Assembly: GCA_951406725.2 (NCBI GenBank)
Contig: OX597832.1
Location: forward strand, 52,824,001-52,888,000
DNA from: Octopus vulgaris
Taxonomy: Eukaryota
Direction: 5' to 3'
DNA length: 64,000 nucleotides
Shown here in pieces: positions 1-12,233 of this stretch. A program made the position numbers and the translations under genes. Position 1 is the first letter of the stretch. Each line of letters begins with the position of its first letter. The notes under the pieces were generated by a model. That model saw only the letters and a program-made list of their open reading frames with translations, was not told where the DNA came from and made no database searches.

Positions 1-280
1 GCTAAGTTACGGGGATGTAAACACACCAGCATTGGTTATCAAGCAACATTGGGGGAACAAACACAGACACACAAGCATATACACACATACATACATATAT
101 ATCTATACATACATACAACGGGCTTCTTTCAGTTTCTGCCTACCAAATCAAACTCACAAGGCTTTGGTCGGCCCAAGGCTATAGTAGAAGACAGTTGCCC
201 AAGGTGCCACGCAGTGGGACTGAACCCGGAACCATGTGGTTCGTAAGCAAGCTACTTACCACACAGCCACTCCTACACCT
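1..280 (-). mobile_element. tRNA-derived SINE family A (head ggagtggctgtgtgg), partial copy
   Basis: Reverse complement of the ~430-bp family seen many times in the window: A box TGGCTGTGTGG, B-box-like GGTTCAGTCCC, internal TA/TG microsatellite, 3' gtaaaaga repeats. Confidence 0.85.
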
Positions 281-299
281 GTTCATATTTGTTTTGTGA

Positions 300-735
300 C
301 ATCATCATCATCATCATGAACATTTAACATCCATTTTCCAGGCTGGCATGGGTTGAATGGCTGGACAGGAGGAACTGGCCAGTCTGAGAGCTGCACCAGG
401 CTCCTATTTTCTGTTGTGACATAGGTTTCTATAACTGGATGCCCTTCCTAACGTCAATCACTTTCCAGAGTGTGCTGGGTGCTTTTTACGTGACACCAGC
501 ACAAGTACTTTACACATGGCACCAGCACAGGTACTTTACACATGGCACCAGCACAGGTACTTTACACATGGCACCAGCACAAGTGTTCTACAGGTGACAC
601 AGGCATGAGTGCTTCACAGTTAGCACTGGCACAGGTGTTCTATAAGTGACACAGGAATGGGTGCTTTATAGGTGGCACTGGCACAGGTGTTCTATAAGTG
701 ACACAGGAATGGGTGCTTTATAGGTGGCACCAACC
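300..735 (-). mobile_element. SINE or LINE-tail element with (GAT)n tail and internal minisatellite (~485-730)
   Basis: Shares ctggatgcccttcctaacgccaaccact and ttccatgctagcatgggttggac with copies at ~2085-2430, 3118-3355, 15045-15280, 22040-22300 and 62740-62940; tandem tggcaccagcacaggt-containing units. Confidence 0.7.
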
Positions 736-1041
736 CTCTAGCATTATAATTACTGTCAAATGTAGTGCTTATTATTCACATTGCTTTGAATTAATCATAT
801 ATTATCTCATTATTTTGAGGCCTCTATGATGTAATTGCTTATTTTTAGAATGACATTGCAGAGTAGGCGCAAGAAGCTGGATCTGGTTGGTTTGAACAGA
901 AAACAGATAGAACACTGGGGCCGGTTTAAGTGCTAAAAGATTAAATGAAATGTTTTTAGGAGTACTAGATTTTTATACAATAACACACCTTCGTTAAAGT
1001 AATGACACAACAGATTATCATAAAATTATTTTAAATTCTTA

Positions 1042-1239
<198 letters not shown>

Positions 1240-1311
1240 TTAGATACTGTCAAAGACACGTTCAAGATAAAAATTCTCAAAATTCCAATCTATTTAGGGA
1301 ACTGCACATAC

Positions 1312-1387
1312 CTTTACACTATTATCTGGCCAATTGCATAGGATATCATATACATGGCCTTTATCTTTAATGGAGATGAATAAACCT
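1312..1387 (-). CDS. ME: Malic enzyme internal coding exon (76 nt, phase 2/0), not in the ORF track
   Basis: Minus strand ttttgaatttcag|A GGT TTA TTC ATC TCC...AGT GTA AAG|gtatgt gives (R)GLFISIKDKGHVYDILCNWPDNSVK, which exactly bridges the neighbouring exons in frame. Confidence 0.96.
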
Positions 1388-3589
1388 CTGAAATTCAAAA
1401 AAAAAAATGTTTCAAAATTTCTTGAAATAAAATAAGTCAAAACTTTTTCAAAAATATACTTGAAAATCTCAATATAATATTGCCAAAAAATTATGTATCA
1501 AAATAGTATAGCATTTATAATTTTTATATTTGAAAATCAATATATTCCACGCTGTTACTGTTTATCTCTTGCTCAGGGATTTAATATAACTTATCTCTCT
1601 TTATGAGATCAGCGACAATGAGTTGCTAGAAAAAGGATTTAATATTTTGAGAGTGGAATGAGTTCTTCATCACTAGCCAGTGATTAACACACACTGAAGA
1701 TGGGTAACCACCTAGAAACCCGGGTCTGTGTGTATCATGTAAAGCTAGAGATGGGAGCAATGATCTCCCTTGCAAATACTAATCGGACACAGACTGAGTG
1801 TCTTCGGCCAGCTGGAGGAGATATCTTCCTGGAGCTAAAAACAACAGTAACACTGTCCTCCATAGGACTGCCACGTTTAGTTGGCAAATATATTTTACGA
1901 TTCCGTACTGTTACTGTTTATCTCTTGTGTAGAGATTTAATATAAAATCAATATAATTAAAATTGTTATGTATTGAATTATTATAACAACAGTAACTTCT
2001 TTAACTTTAATAATGATTTCTTAATTGTAACTTTAGAATCTCAATATAACATTACTAAAATTATTGTATGTGCTGGTACCACATAAAAAGCTCCCATGCT
2101 GGTGCCATGTTAAAAGCACTCATGCCAGTGTCACGTAAGAAGCACCTGTGCTGGCGCCATATAAAAAGCACCCGCAAAGGTAACAAGTAAAATGCACCTG
2201 TGACAGTGCCGCATAAAAAAAACACCCATGCCAGGTTAGGTAAAGAGAGCATATGTTGGTGCCATGTAAAAAGGACCCAGTTGCATTCAGTATAGTGGTT
2301 AGCATTCAGCCATAGAAACCAAGTCAAAACATACAGCTGGAACTAGGTGCAGCTCCTCAGCTTGCCAGCTCTAACCAAAGTGTCCAATCCATGCCAGCAT
2401 GGAAAACAGATGCTAAATGATGACGATGAAGAATTAGTATGGCAAATGTAATTTCAATATTAATATTACAAAAAAAAAAAATGATGTGATGAGAAGCAGG
2501 TAACATTGTATTACTGGTATTCAGAATAGCAACAAAGAAATCACCTTGGACAGCATCAATGTTTCAATTTTATTTTTTTGTAGATTAGTTAGTTAGGCAT
2601 AATTCGTTCCTGCCTTTCAATCTCAGTATTAAAGCTACACATAGTACTGCTGTAGCACACATGCTGCATACATTCCTACAACAATGTTTTCTTTATGCAC
2701 AATAAAGGCAGAAGTAAATCTGCCTTCAACTCAGCCGTGCACCTGTGTTTTGCTTATTTTTTGGTGCATTTTACTACAACTGCCTACCCTGAGTAATTAC
2801 TGACAGCACATGCCTGCACTTAAAGTATCATTAAAGTAAACTTATGAAACAAAATTATTTTCCGGTTTCACTTTGGTGAAGACCAATTGTAGGTCAAATA
2901 GTGTCCTTAATAGTTATAAAAGTGACTGAAGTCCATCATGTGTAATATGTACATGTATATGTGTGAATATATATTGTCTGAATTTTATAGTGTTAATTAT
3001 CCATCACGGCTGGTCTTACCAATTGGCTTTGCATGAAATTATATAATGGAGTGTTAGGCAACAAACCAGTTATATAATATCTGCTCATCAGAGATAGCCG
3101 ACATGGAAGGGGAAATATCATCATCATCATCATCATCATTTAACGTCTGCTTTCCATGCTAGCATGGGTTGGACGATTTGACTGAGGACTGGTGAATCAG
3201 ATGGCTGCACCAGGCTCCAATCTGATCTGACAGAGTTTCTACAGCTTGATGCTCTTGCTAACGCCAACCACTCCGAGAGTGTAGTAGGTGCTTTTACGTG
3301 CCACCGGCACGAGGGCCAGTCAGGCGGTACTGGCAAAGGCTACGCTCAAATGGTGCTGATACAGCTTGGCACCAGTGATGTTGCAACTCATTTCTACAGC
3401 TGAGTGAAATGGAGCAACATGAAATAAAATGTCTTGCTCAAGAACACAACACACAGGCTAGTCCTAGAACTGAACTCACTACCTCATGATTGTGAGCCCG
3501 ACACTCTAACCACTGAGTCATGCACCTTCACATGACCTATGACTACATAACAAACAATCAAACAATATAAACATCCTTCTGAAAGTTAC

Positions 3590-3873
3590 CTTGGTCTCCT
3601 GAACAAAAGCCCATACTGCTGGCAGGCCAGTCCAACAGTTGGGGTGTATACTATTGGCATCATTTCTTCTACATGTTCTGTGAGGACTTTATAAAATAAA
3701 CGCTCATTTCTATCGAGTAAGGCTGTCAAATAAATATATTTGTCTAAATCAGTGGGACGGCGTCGGAAGTTTTCCATCACTCGGTAAGCTTGCTGATCTT
3801 GAGTGATGATGCAGGGAGGCAGCAAGCCATGAATACCCATTATCTGACGTTCCCTTAATGTGAAAGCCAGGCT
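3590..3873 (-). CDS. ME: Malic enzyme internal coding exon (284 nt, phase 0/2)
   Basis: SLAFTLRERQIMGIHGLLPP...DRNERLFYKVL...MPIVYTPTVGLACQQYGLLFRRPR, including the catalytic Tyr of IVYTPTVG. Acceptor ttacttgcag| and donor CCA AG|gtaac. Confidence 0.97.
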
Positions 3874-3894
3874 CTGCAAGTAAATTCAACGAAT

Positions 3895-4420
3895 TAATAA
3901 TAATAATAATAATGAAATTATTGTATACAGTGCTCAGGTAATCCATCATGAATCAGCAATATTAAGTATCATCATTATTGTTTATCTATCGGACAAACTG
4001 CAACTCATAGGACTTTCTGAATATCATGCCTAAACGAAAAATTACCTTGATTGTATTTTAGTTGTGTGGCCCCACCTAATGATGAGTCACGTCTCATGAG
4101 GCCCATATCTCAAAAAATGTTGCCTTTGCCTGGTTTATCTTATCAGTCATTATTCAAAATTTAAGTGGGGATAAATAGAAAGTGCATATAAAGTCAGAAA
4201 GTGCATATAAAGTACATGCAGTAGTGTAGAAATGTCTGGGTGTATGGAGGGGAGAAAATCAAGTGTAGTGTTGGCGAATCTCAGGAAGCATGGAAGTCTT
4301 GAAGGAAGCAGTGCTCCGACAACTAACAACCGATGTCGGCAGTTTGTTCCACGCTTCAGCAACTCTCAGTGTGAAAAAATGTTTCCTGAAGTCATGGGAG
4401 CTGTGCTGCTTTCTTACTCA
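3895..4420 (-). mobile_element. 3' end of a CR1-like LINE, interrupted by an inverted copy of nearby DNA
   Basis: Minus-strand translation HDFRKHFFTLRVAEAWNKLPTSVVSCRSTASFKTSM resembles CR1/L2-type ORF2 C-termini; (ATT)n tail at ~3895-3912. Confidence 0.65.
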
Positions 4421-4521
4421 GTATATATAATAACTCAGTATACAAGGAGTTAGGAAAATCGAAAAAAATCATAAACAACTAATGTGGACCCTTAAGATAT
4501 CTTTACAGATTAGAACATTTA

Positions 4522-4750
4522 TTTAACCCTTTAGTGTTTGCATTATTCTGCCAAAATTAATGCTTTCTCATCCAAATTGTTTTGAATTAATCATGATTAT
4601 CTTGTAGTTATGAGATTTTGATGAGGTAGCTGTTAATTTTTAAAACGATATTGTAGGGTTGGTGTGAGAGACCAGATCTGGCCAGTTTGAACATAAAACA
4701 GGCAGAATACTTTTGGCCGGATATGGTCGGTTTAAATGCTAAAGGGTTAA
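4522..4750. mobile_element. piggyBac-type MITE (TTAA-CCC...GGG-TTAA), family also at ~733-945, ~32164 and ~37262-37488
   Basis: ttaaccctttag...ctaaagggttaa termini with TTAA target duplication. Confidence 0.8.
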
Positions 4751-5029
4751 TCATGTAACAGAGGCAGTAGAAATGTGGAACCTATAGTCACTCCAGAGCA
4801 ATGGAAACTTCTAAAAAATACATTTTAGAGACAGATACAGTATTAATACCAAGGTATTATTTATTCCCCTTTGAAGGTTGGCTTTCCGTTAGAATAAACT
4901 GTAATGCGGTAGAGACCATGAAAGAAACTCATATTGTTTTTGGTGCAAAATGCATTCTTATTCATATAAGAGTGCATTTTGTTTATATAAATAAGAGTGC
5001 ATTTTGCACCAAAAAGCCAATATGAGTGT

Positions 5030-5839
5030 TTCTTATTTCCATATTGCCCACAAGGGGCTAAACATAGAGGGGACAAATAAGGACAGACATAGGTATTAAG
5101 TCGATTACATCGACCCCAGTGCGTAACTGGTACTTAATTTATCGACCCCGAAAGGATGAAAGGCAAAGTCAACCTCGGCGGAATTTGAACTCAGAATGTA
5201 ATGGCAGACGAAATACCGCTAAGCATTTTGCCTGGCGTGCTAATGTTTCTTATTTCTTTATTGCCCACAAGGGGCTAAACATAGAGGGGTCAACAAGGAC
5301 AGACAAAGGGATTAATTGATTACATCAATCCCAGTGCATAACTGGTACTTAATTTATCAACCCCGAAAGGATGAAAGGCAAAGTCGACCTCGGCGGAATT
5401 TGAACTCAGAATGTAACGGCAGATGACATATCTATTTCTTTATTACCCACACGGGGCTAAACACAGAGGGGACAAACAAGGACAGACAAACGGATTAAGT
5501 CGATTATATCGACCCCAGTGCGTAACTGGTACTTAATTTATCAACCCCGAAAAGATGACAGGCAAAGTCGACCTCGGCGGAATTTGAACTCAGAACGTAA
5601 CGGCAGATGAAATACCTGTTTCTTTATTACCCGCAAGGGGCTACACACAGAGGGGACAAACAAACGAATTAAATCGATTACATCAACCCCAGTGCGTAAC
5701 TGGTACTCAATTTATCGACCCCGAAAGGATGACAGGCAAAGTCAACCTCGGCAGAATTTGAACTCAGAACATAACGGCAGACGAAATACTGCTAAGCATT
5801 TTGCCTGGCATGCAAACAATTCTGCCAGTTCGCCACCTT
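5030..5839 (-). mobile_element. Tandem multimer (~5 units) of tRNA-derived SINE family B
   Basis: Repeated ~150-200-bp units containing gaaaggatgaaaggcaaagtcgacctcggcggaatttgaactcagaac; the complete head (ggtggcgaactggcaga on the minus strand) occurs only at the 5839 end. Confidence 0.88.
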
Positions 5840-7559
5840 CATAAAAGTTGAGATAAATATGAGAGTTTCTCGGATGGTATCTACCACAGTTTAGCTTATT
5901 CTAACAGAACATCCACATTTAAGTGGGGAAATATAGAAAATTTTGAGTAATGACTGATAAGATAAACCAGGGATAGGCAACCTTTTTTGAGAAATAGGCT
6001 ACATGAGACATGACTCATCATTAGGTGGGGCCACACCACTAAAATACAATCAAGGTAATCTTTCGTTTAGGCATGGTATTCAGAAAGTCCTATGAGTTGC
6101 AGTTTGTCCCTGATAGATAAATGATAATGATGATACTTAATATTGCTGATTCATGATGGATTACCTAAACTGTAGTCTATCAAATTCTCTAAGTTAATCT
6201 CATTTAACTCTTTAGCACTTAAATCTGCCATACCTGGCAGAAACACACCTTTAATTACAAGTGATTTTACCAGTCTGTATAGTTTGAACATTTAGTTCAC
6301 CTTGCACTTTACTTCAATAGAGAAATCTACTTCCAAGCCTTTAAACATTTTTTCAACCAATATATCCCTCTTTATTTGTTCTCTACTTATTATTTCTTTA
6401 CCCCTTCTCTTCCTAGGGTCTGCCTTTGACATTGGATCTACTAACGGTTTTTTTTGAAAATACTTAATAACATTCTGTTTATCATTTATGCTGTCATCAA
6501 AATTGTTATAATGTCTTGTTGTTGAGATAGGTTCTCTTTCTTTCCTGATTACATTATTTTACACCGTTTATTCCTTTGGAATAAAACCAATGTTGTCTTC
6601 GAAACATATGCTGAAAGTAAAAGAATTTGAATAACACCTGCGTTCAACTCCATTTATTTACTTATACTACACAAATTACTGCACATTAACCTGGAGTTTC
6701 TACCTTTGAATAGGTCGCTACACTCTTGTTACTTGCGTGAATCTTGCTACCCTGGTAACTGTTTATTGAATTTTCCATGTTAACAGTAAACAAAGGATAA
6801 TTCATTCATCTATTTACATATATATATATACACGCACATACACAACAGCCCAGAAAGGTAAGATCCTCCTACAAGGCAGTTAGTTGAGAGTTGTGTAGGT
6901 GCATGTTTGCATCTGTTGTAGTGTGCAATATTACAAGTGTCATCTAAGCAGGAGTAGCTCACCTTGACGTTATGTGGATTGAAGAGCTTGTAGTACTTGT
7001 GGCTTTGGGAAAATGTTGCTTAATCAATGACAGGAAGCACCTAATTACATTTGTGGAAACTTCTATACTGCATGGAGGTTTGAACCAAATTATCTTTTCC
7101 TTTCTGATTCTCTTGCAGTGTAGAGTGGGTGGGGGTGTCCTCCATATATGTTAACTTTGCAGTAAACCCAATCTTAGTAGGGGGGCTGTGGGTATGGAAT
7201 CCACTTCCTAACCATGTGATTTTAGGTTTTATCCCACTGTGTCAAATTAGGCAAATATCTTTTACTATAGTTTGAGCTGACTGATGGATCGTGAGTGTAA
7301 TCATTAGACAAAAACTGTAAAGAAACTTGTAGTGTGTATGTGAGGGGAGCTCACATGAATAAGCCTGTAGTTCTGCATTTTCAAAGACCAATTGAATAAA
7401 ATAAAACTCCCTTACTCAAAAACCAGGTATGAGTTGGTAACAGGAAAGAAAGTCTGACCATAAAATACTGCCTCAAATAAATAAGTAATCATCTAACTCA
7501 TGCTAGTATAGGAAAATAGACGTAAATTCAACAAATAAACAAAATCCATGTGTATATAC

Positions 7560-7710
7560 CTTGTTTATTCTTGGGTTGCGGATGATATCTATGCCTCGGG
7601 ATTTTGCTTGGCTCACATGTTTTGCTGAAGATTCTTTCCAGGTCAACCCAGCTGTCTTGAACATATCCATACTTTTGGTATGGATATTTCCAGTAGAGAC
7701 AGAAGTGGCT
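7560..7710 (-). CDS. ME: Malic enzyme first shared exon (151 nt, phase 2/0); in-frame internal ATGs at 7670 and 7664
   Basis: Acceptor ttttttcccctctgtttcag|A GCC ACT..., donor AAC AAG|gtatat. Translates ATSVSTGNIHTKSMDMFKTAGLTWKESSAKHVSQAKSRGIDIIRNPRINK, ending in the typical malic enzyme RGxxxxRNPxxNK motif. Confidence 0.92.
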
Positions 7711-7930
7711 CTGAAACAGAGGGGAAAAAAAAAGGACATGTCAATAAACAAACATGTTTGTCTAGATTCAGTAGAAATATTTTCACATATTGCATTTTCT
7801 AGCATACAATTCAAATTTTTCAGACCAAAATTTACAGTCAAAAAAAGTTAGGTTGACCTATACACCAAGATGATTTTGGAGGACCAAGAATTCCATGTGA
7901 AATGCAGGAGGAATTTAGAAGATAATGATT

Positions 7931-8320
7931 ATTATTTACATTTGACGGATATTTGTCCTCATCTTGCTTGTTGTTAACACAGTGCTTCGGCTGATATACC
8001 CTCCAGCCTTTATCAGGTGTCTTGGGGAAATTTTTGACCCTGGGTTCTCATTCTTAAGGTATTTTTTGATGTTATTATTATCATTATTATTATTATTCAG
8101 GTCACTGCCTGGAATTGAACTTGGAATTAGTAGCCTGCACTCTTCACCACAACGCCATATGCTTGTGGTTCGAAACCCAAGTTCGAAATTTTCCTAAGAC
8201 ACCTGATGATGGCTGGAGGGTATACCAGCTGAAATGCTATGTTAACAACAAACAAGATGAGGACAAATATGCATCAAATGTAAATAATGTACATAATTCC
8301 TCATCTCTTAAATATAGAAC
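7931..8320. mobile_element. Penelope-like non-autonomous element: inverted ~115-bp arms each with a degenerate hammerhead core, flanking a tRNA-like head
   Basis: Arms ~7931-8046 and ~8174-8288 are reverse complements. Plus arm gacac-CTGATGA-t-ggctg...cagct-GAAA-tgct-atgtt; minus-strand A and B boxes (tggcgttgtgg, gttcaattcc) at ~8105-8160. Confidence 0.6.
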
Positions 8321-8832
8321 TGGATAATGATGATGTTTGAATATTTGTTCTGGGTTCAAATTCCAGCAAGGTTGACTTCGCCTTTCATCCTTTTGGTGTT
8401 GATAAAATGAGTTGCAGTGGAGCACAGGTGTCAATGTAATCAACTTACCTCAACCCCATAAATTGCTGGCCTTGCGCAAAAATTTGGCACCGATATTTAC
8501 ACTACGTGTTTACACTATACATTACATCAACAACTTTTATGCTGAAAAAGATGAGATTGACATTTTTACATTTGTCAGGAAGTAAGAAAGTTTCGTGATA
8601 ATATTGTTCATAAACATACCCAAGAACAGGCTCAACTTGTAAGGTACAGTAATTATTAAAAAAAAAAAATGGAAAAAGCTCATAGAACAAGAAATTGATT
8701 TTTCGAGGGGTGGGGTGTCAGCTGTCCTGTGTTATTTAAAAACAAGTCTCAGAAATCAAGAAGTATTGTTTCCCTTCAAGATAATCACGATTAGTGGATG
8801 TGTTTAATCACTGACAATATACAAAAGGCTTA

Positions 8833-9155
8833 AGGAGGCAAGCTGGCAGAAACGTTAGTAAGCCAGGCGAAATGCTTTGTGGTATTTCGTCTGCTGTTAC
8901 GTTGCGAGTTCAAATTTCGCCGAGGTCGACTTTACCTTTCATCCTTTCGGGGTCAATAAATTAAGTACCAGTTACGCACTGGGGTCGATGTAATCGACTT
9001 AATACCTATGTCTGTCCTTGTTTGTCCCCTCTATGTTTAGCCCCTTGTGGGTAATAAAGAAATAGGTATTTCGTCTGTTTTTACGTTCTGAGTTCAAATT
9101 CCACCGAAGTCAACTTTGCCTTTCATCCTTTCAGGGTCAATAAATTAAGTACCAA
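8833..9155 (+). mobile_element. SINE family B dimer
   Basis: Head ggaggcaagctggcagaaacgttag, body, then junction aaagaaata|ggtatttcgtctg and a second partial body. Confidence 0.85.
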
Positions 9156-9484
9156 CTCCCTCCACCCTAAAAAAAAAAAAAAATTGGGGACCTTGTGCCT
9201 AGAGTAGAAAAGAATATACAACTGGCTCTGACAGTTTCAGAACAAAACCACCATATTTTATGGCCTACAAGTCAAATTCTTCAGCCTGATATTTACATCC
9301 AAGAAAGGTAAATCAACTTATATACCAAGATGACTCTGGAGGATGAAGAATTCCATATGAAAATGCAGTAGGATTAGGAAAGATAGTGTTTGAATGCTTA
9401 GACTACAAGCTTACACCATGTATTACATTGACTTGTATGCTGGAAAATATGGTATGGTCTAATATATATGTATATATACAATAT

Positions 9485-9780
9485 GTGGAGGTGCAATGGC
9501 CCAGTGGTTAGGGCAGCGGACTCGCGGTCGTAGGATCGCGGTTTCGATTCCCAGACCGGGCGTTGTGAGTGTTTATTGAGCGAAAACACCTAAAAGCTCC
9601 ACGAGGCTCCGGCAGAGGGTGGTGGTGATCCCTGCTGTACTCTTTCACCCCTCTTTCTTCTGTTGGCCTGCTCGCTTAGCCAGCAGGGTGGCGTCATTCG
9701 AAGGCTAAAACAATGCGAACGCATTGTGACCAGCGATGTGTAGCAACATCTGATGGTCTGGTCGGTCACATGATCACGTG
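9485..9780 (+). mobile_element. Young tRNA-derived SINE (separate family) with 11-bp target-site duplication
   Basis: A box tggcccagtgg, B-box-like gtttcgattcc, many intact CpGs; flanked on both sides by atatacaatat (9474-9484 and 9781-9791). Confidence 0.85.
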
Positions 9781-10007
9781 ATATACAATATATTTTACTT
9801 GTTTCAGTCATTAGACTGCGGCCATGCTTGGGCACCCCCTGGAAGAATTTTAGCCAAATGAATCGAGCCTAGTACTTATTTTATTTTAGAGACTGATACT
9901 TGTCCAGTTGGTTTCATTTGCTGAACTACTAAGTTGTGGAGATGTAAACACACCAACACTGGTTGTCAAGCGGTGAGGGTGGGATAAACACAGACACAAA
10001 CACACAC

Positions 10008-10278
10008 TGTTGTAATGTGTAACTGCTGTTGTACCATAGTTGCTGTTTTACGCTAGTTGCCATAGTAGTTACTAGTCACTGGATATTGCTGCATCTTCGT
10101 ACCGGAATAGTAATACATTAACTTCTTGTCTTACTATTGTTGATAGATCCATAAGACACTGACTAGAACTGTTGACTCAACTTTTCAACTCTTAACAACC
10201 GACTACCTTGACAACCGACTACTGGTCTATTTATAACCACTTTTTACCGGGAGTGGTATACAGTTTCACTATATAACA
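10008..10278 (-). mobile_element. Solo LTR (271 bp) inserted in the CA tract of a SINE
   Basis: Termini tgttgta...tataaca (TG..CA short inverted ends), 5-bp cacac on both flanks, TATA-like tataaataga on the minus strand. Confidence 0.65.
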
Positions 10279-11127
10279 CACACCTATGCCCACACAGTCA
10301 TGCCTATAAAGTTATTTAATCAATGATTTTCCTTTTATTGAACTCTGTCTGATGTACAAGCTGTATCTAATATGATCCATAATCATCGATTCTATAGTGA
10401 GCATTCATGTAAATATTTAAACAATATAATTTGCAATGATTTAGCTTTTCAATGAATAATTTATACTTTTGTATTATTCATCTGTTCTACTATTGTATGT
10501 GAAATGCAAGAAATGTATAACAAGCATTCTATCTATCTGAATGTCCCATCAAACATAAAAGTTTGTTTATCTATTATATAAAAATCCGTTCTGTCTGTGT
10601 GTGTGTGTGGCTTCTAGGATCTCGGGCATCTTTCATCCGATTGCACTCAAATTTGATATGTAGATACCGACGGTGTCAAAGCGTGTATAAGTCTTGAAAA
10701 AATTACAAAAATCGATTCCAGGTGAGAATGTGATCGATAAAGCCGTGGGAACATGCATTTGTATGAGCAAGTACATCAGCTGTTGTAATCGAGACTACAC
10801 ATACGCGAGAAAAATGCACATGCAGTTTGCGTAAAAAAAGCCGGCTGGCTTGAAATAATGACACAAAATGCAGTATATTTAAGAGACCAAAAATGTAAGA
10901 TGCAAAAGAGATATTTTCTTCAAACTTGGTATGAAGGAAGAAAAGACTATTTGGTTTCTCAAGAAGTTCTTTTTTTTGCTTTAACTTCGTTTAACAAAAT
11001 CAAAAATTTTATTGAGATAAAGGCATGCTTAATTATTTTTTAATGAAAAGAAAAACACTGATTGCTTTTTATTCAGCAGATATGATTCAGCACCGTCCAT
11101 TAGACGGGGAGGGGGAGGCGTTTTGCT

Positions 11128-11173
<46 letters not shown>

Positions 11174-11476
11174 CTTTTGACAGACTGGCAGGCGTGGCTG
11201 TGTGGTAAGAAGTTTGCTTCCCAACCACATGGTTCTGGGTTCAGTCCCACTGTGTGGCACCTGGGCAAATGTCTTCTACTATAGTTTAGAGGTGACCAAA
11301 GCCTTTTGAGTGGATTTGGTAGACAGAAACGGAAAGAAGCCCATTAACAACCAGTACTGATGTGTTTATGTCCCTGTAACTTAGTAGTAGTACTTGATTG
11401 GGCTTTTTTAATTATATCAGTCCCAGAAAGATAAAAGGCAAAACTGACCTAAACAAGGCTTGAACTCAGACCATAA

Positions 11477-11905
11477 GGTGCAGGTGTGGCTGTGTGGTAA
11501 AACGTTTGCTTCCCAAACCACATGGGCTCTGAATTCAGTCCCACTGCATGGAAACAAGGATAGGTGTCTTCTACTATAACCTTGGGCTGACCAAAGCCTT
11601 GTGAGTGAACTTGAGAGATGAAAACTGAAAGAAGCCCATCATATGTATGTATATGTGTGTGTGTGTAAGTATCTGTATGTGTATCTTTGCGTCAGTGTTT
11701 GTCCCCACCCTAACCATTTGACAACCAGTGCTGGTGTGTTTACATCCCTGTAACTTAGTGGTTCGTCAAAAGTGACCAATGGAATAAGTACCAAGCTTTA
11801 AAAAACATAAGTACTGGGGGTCAATTCATTCGACTAAAAATTCTTCAAGGCAGTGCTCCAGCATGGGCTGCAGTCTAATGACTGAAGCAAGAAAAAGACA
11901 AAAAG
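11477..11905 (+). mobile_element. SINE family A, diverged full-length copy (another partial copy at ~11187-11390)
   Basis: Head ggtgcaggtgtggctgtgtggt through tail gtgctccagcatgg...tgactgaagcaag. Confidence 0.8.
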
Positions 11906-12233
11906 ATCAAAATAAAAAGCTGGAAGCCATATTGTCCAACACTCAACTAACTCTACCAGTTCACCACTTTTGTCTTCCTTATATAATGCCAGGCCTGTGT
12001 TTAAATCAGTATTTGGGCTTGACCCAACTAGAATGTGTGACCCTTCTCTGATGAGACTGACCTTCGTTTCCAAAACCTTCACATACATAAAGGACTAAGG
12101 TACACAAGTCAAAAGAAAAACAGCACAGTTCTTTAGATTAGCGTTTAAGTGGAACCATAATTGTAAATACTTTTCTGTAGTTAGATTTTTAATTGCATTA
12201 AATCAGAGGCAATTAAACAACTAAATTAGTCGT

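Larger units (their letters stand above)
3930..6175. repeat. Inverted repeat: arms ~3930-4162 and ~5938-6175 with a ~1.8-kb spacer
   Basis: aggtaatccatcatgaatcagcaatattaagtatc...atcttatcagtcattattcaaaatt is the near reverse complement of aattttgagtaatgactgataagat...gatacttaatattgctgattcatgatggattacct. Confidence 0.9.

Noticed and set aside
49-246. Recurrent ORFs ending ...EDTCPRCHAVGLNPEPCGW (CxxC-like) across the window
   Set aside because: Antisense translations of SINE family A, not a protein family.
9485-9560. tRNA-like sequences here and at other SINE heads
   Set aside because: No complete acceptor stem; they run directly into SINE bodies, so they are not tRNA genes.
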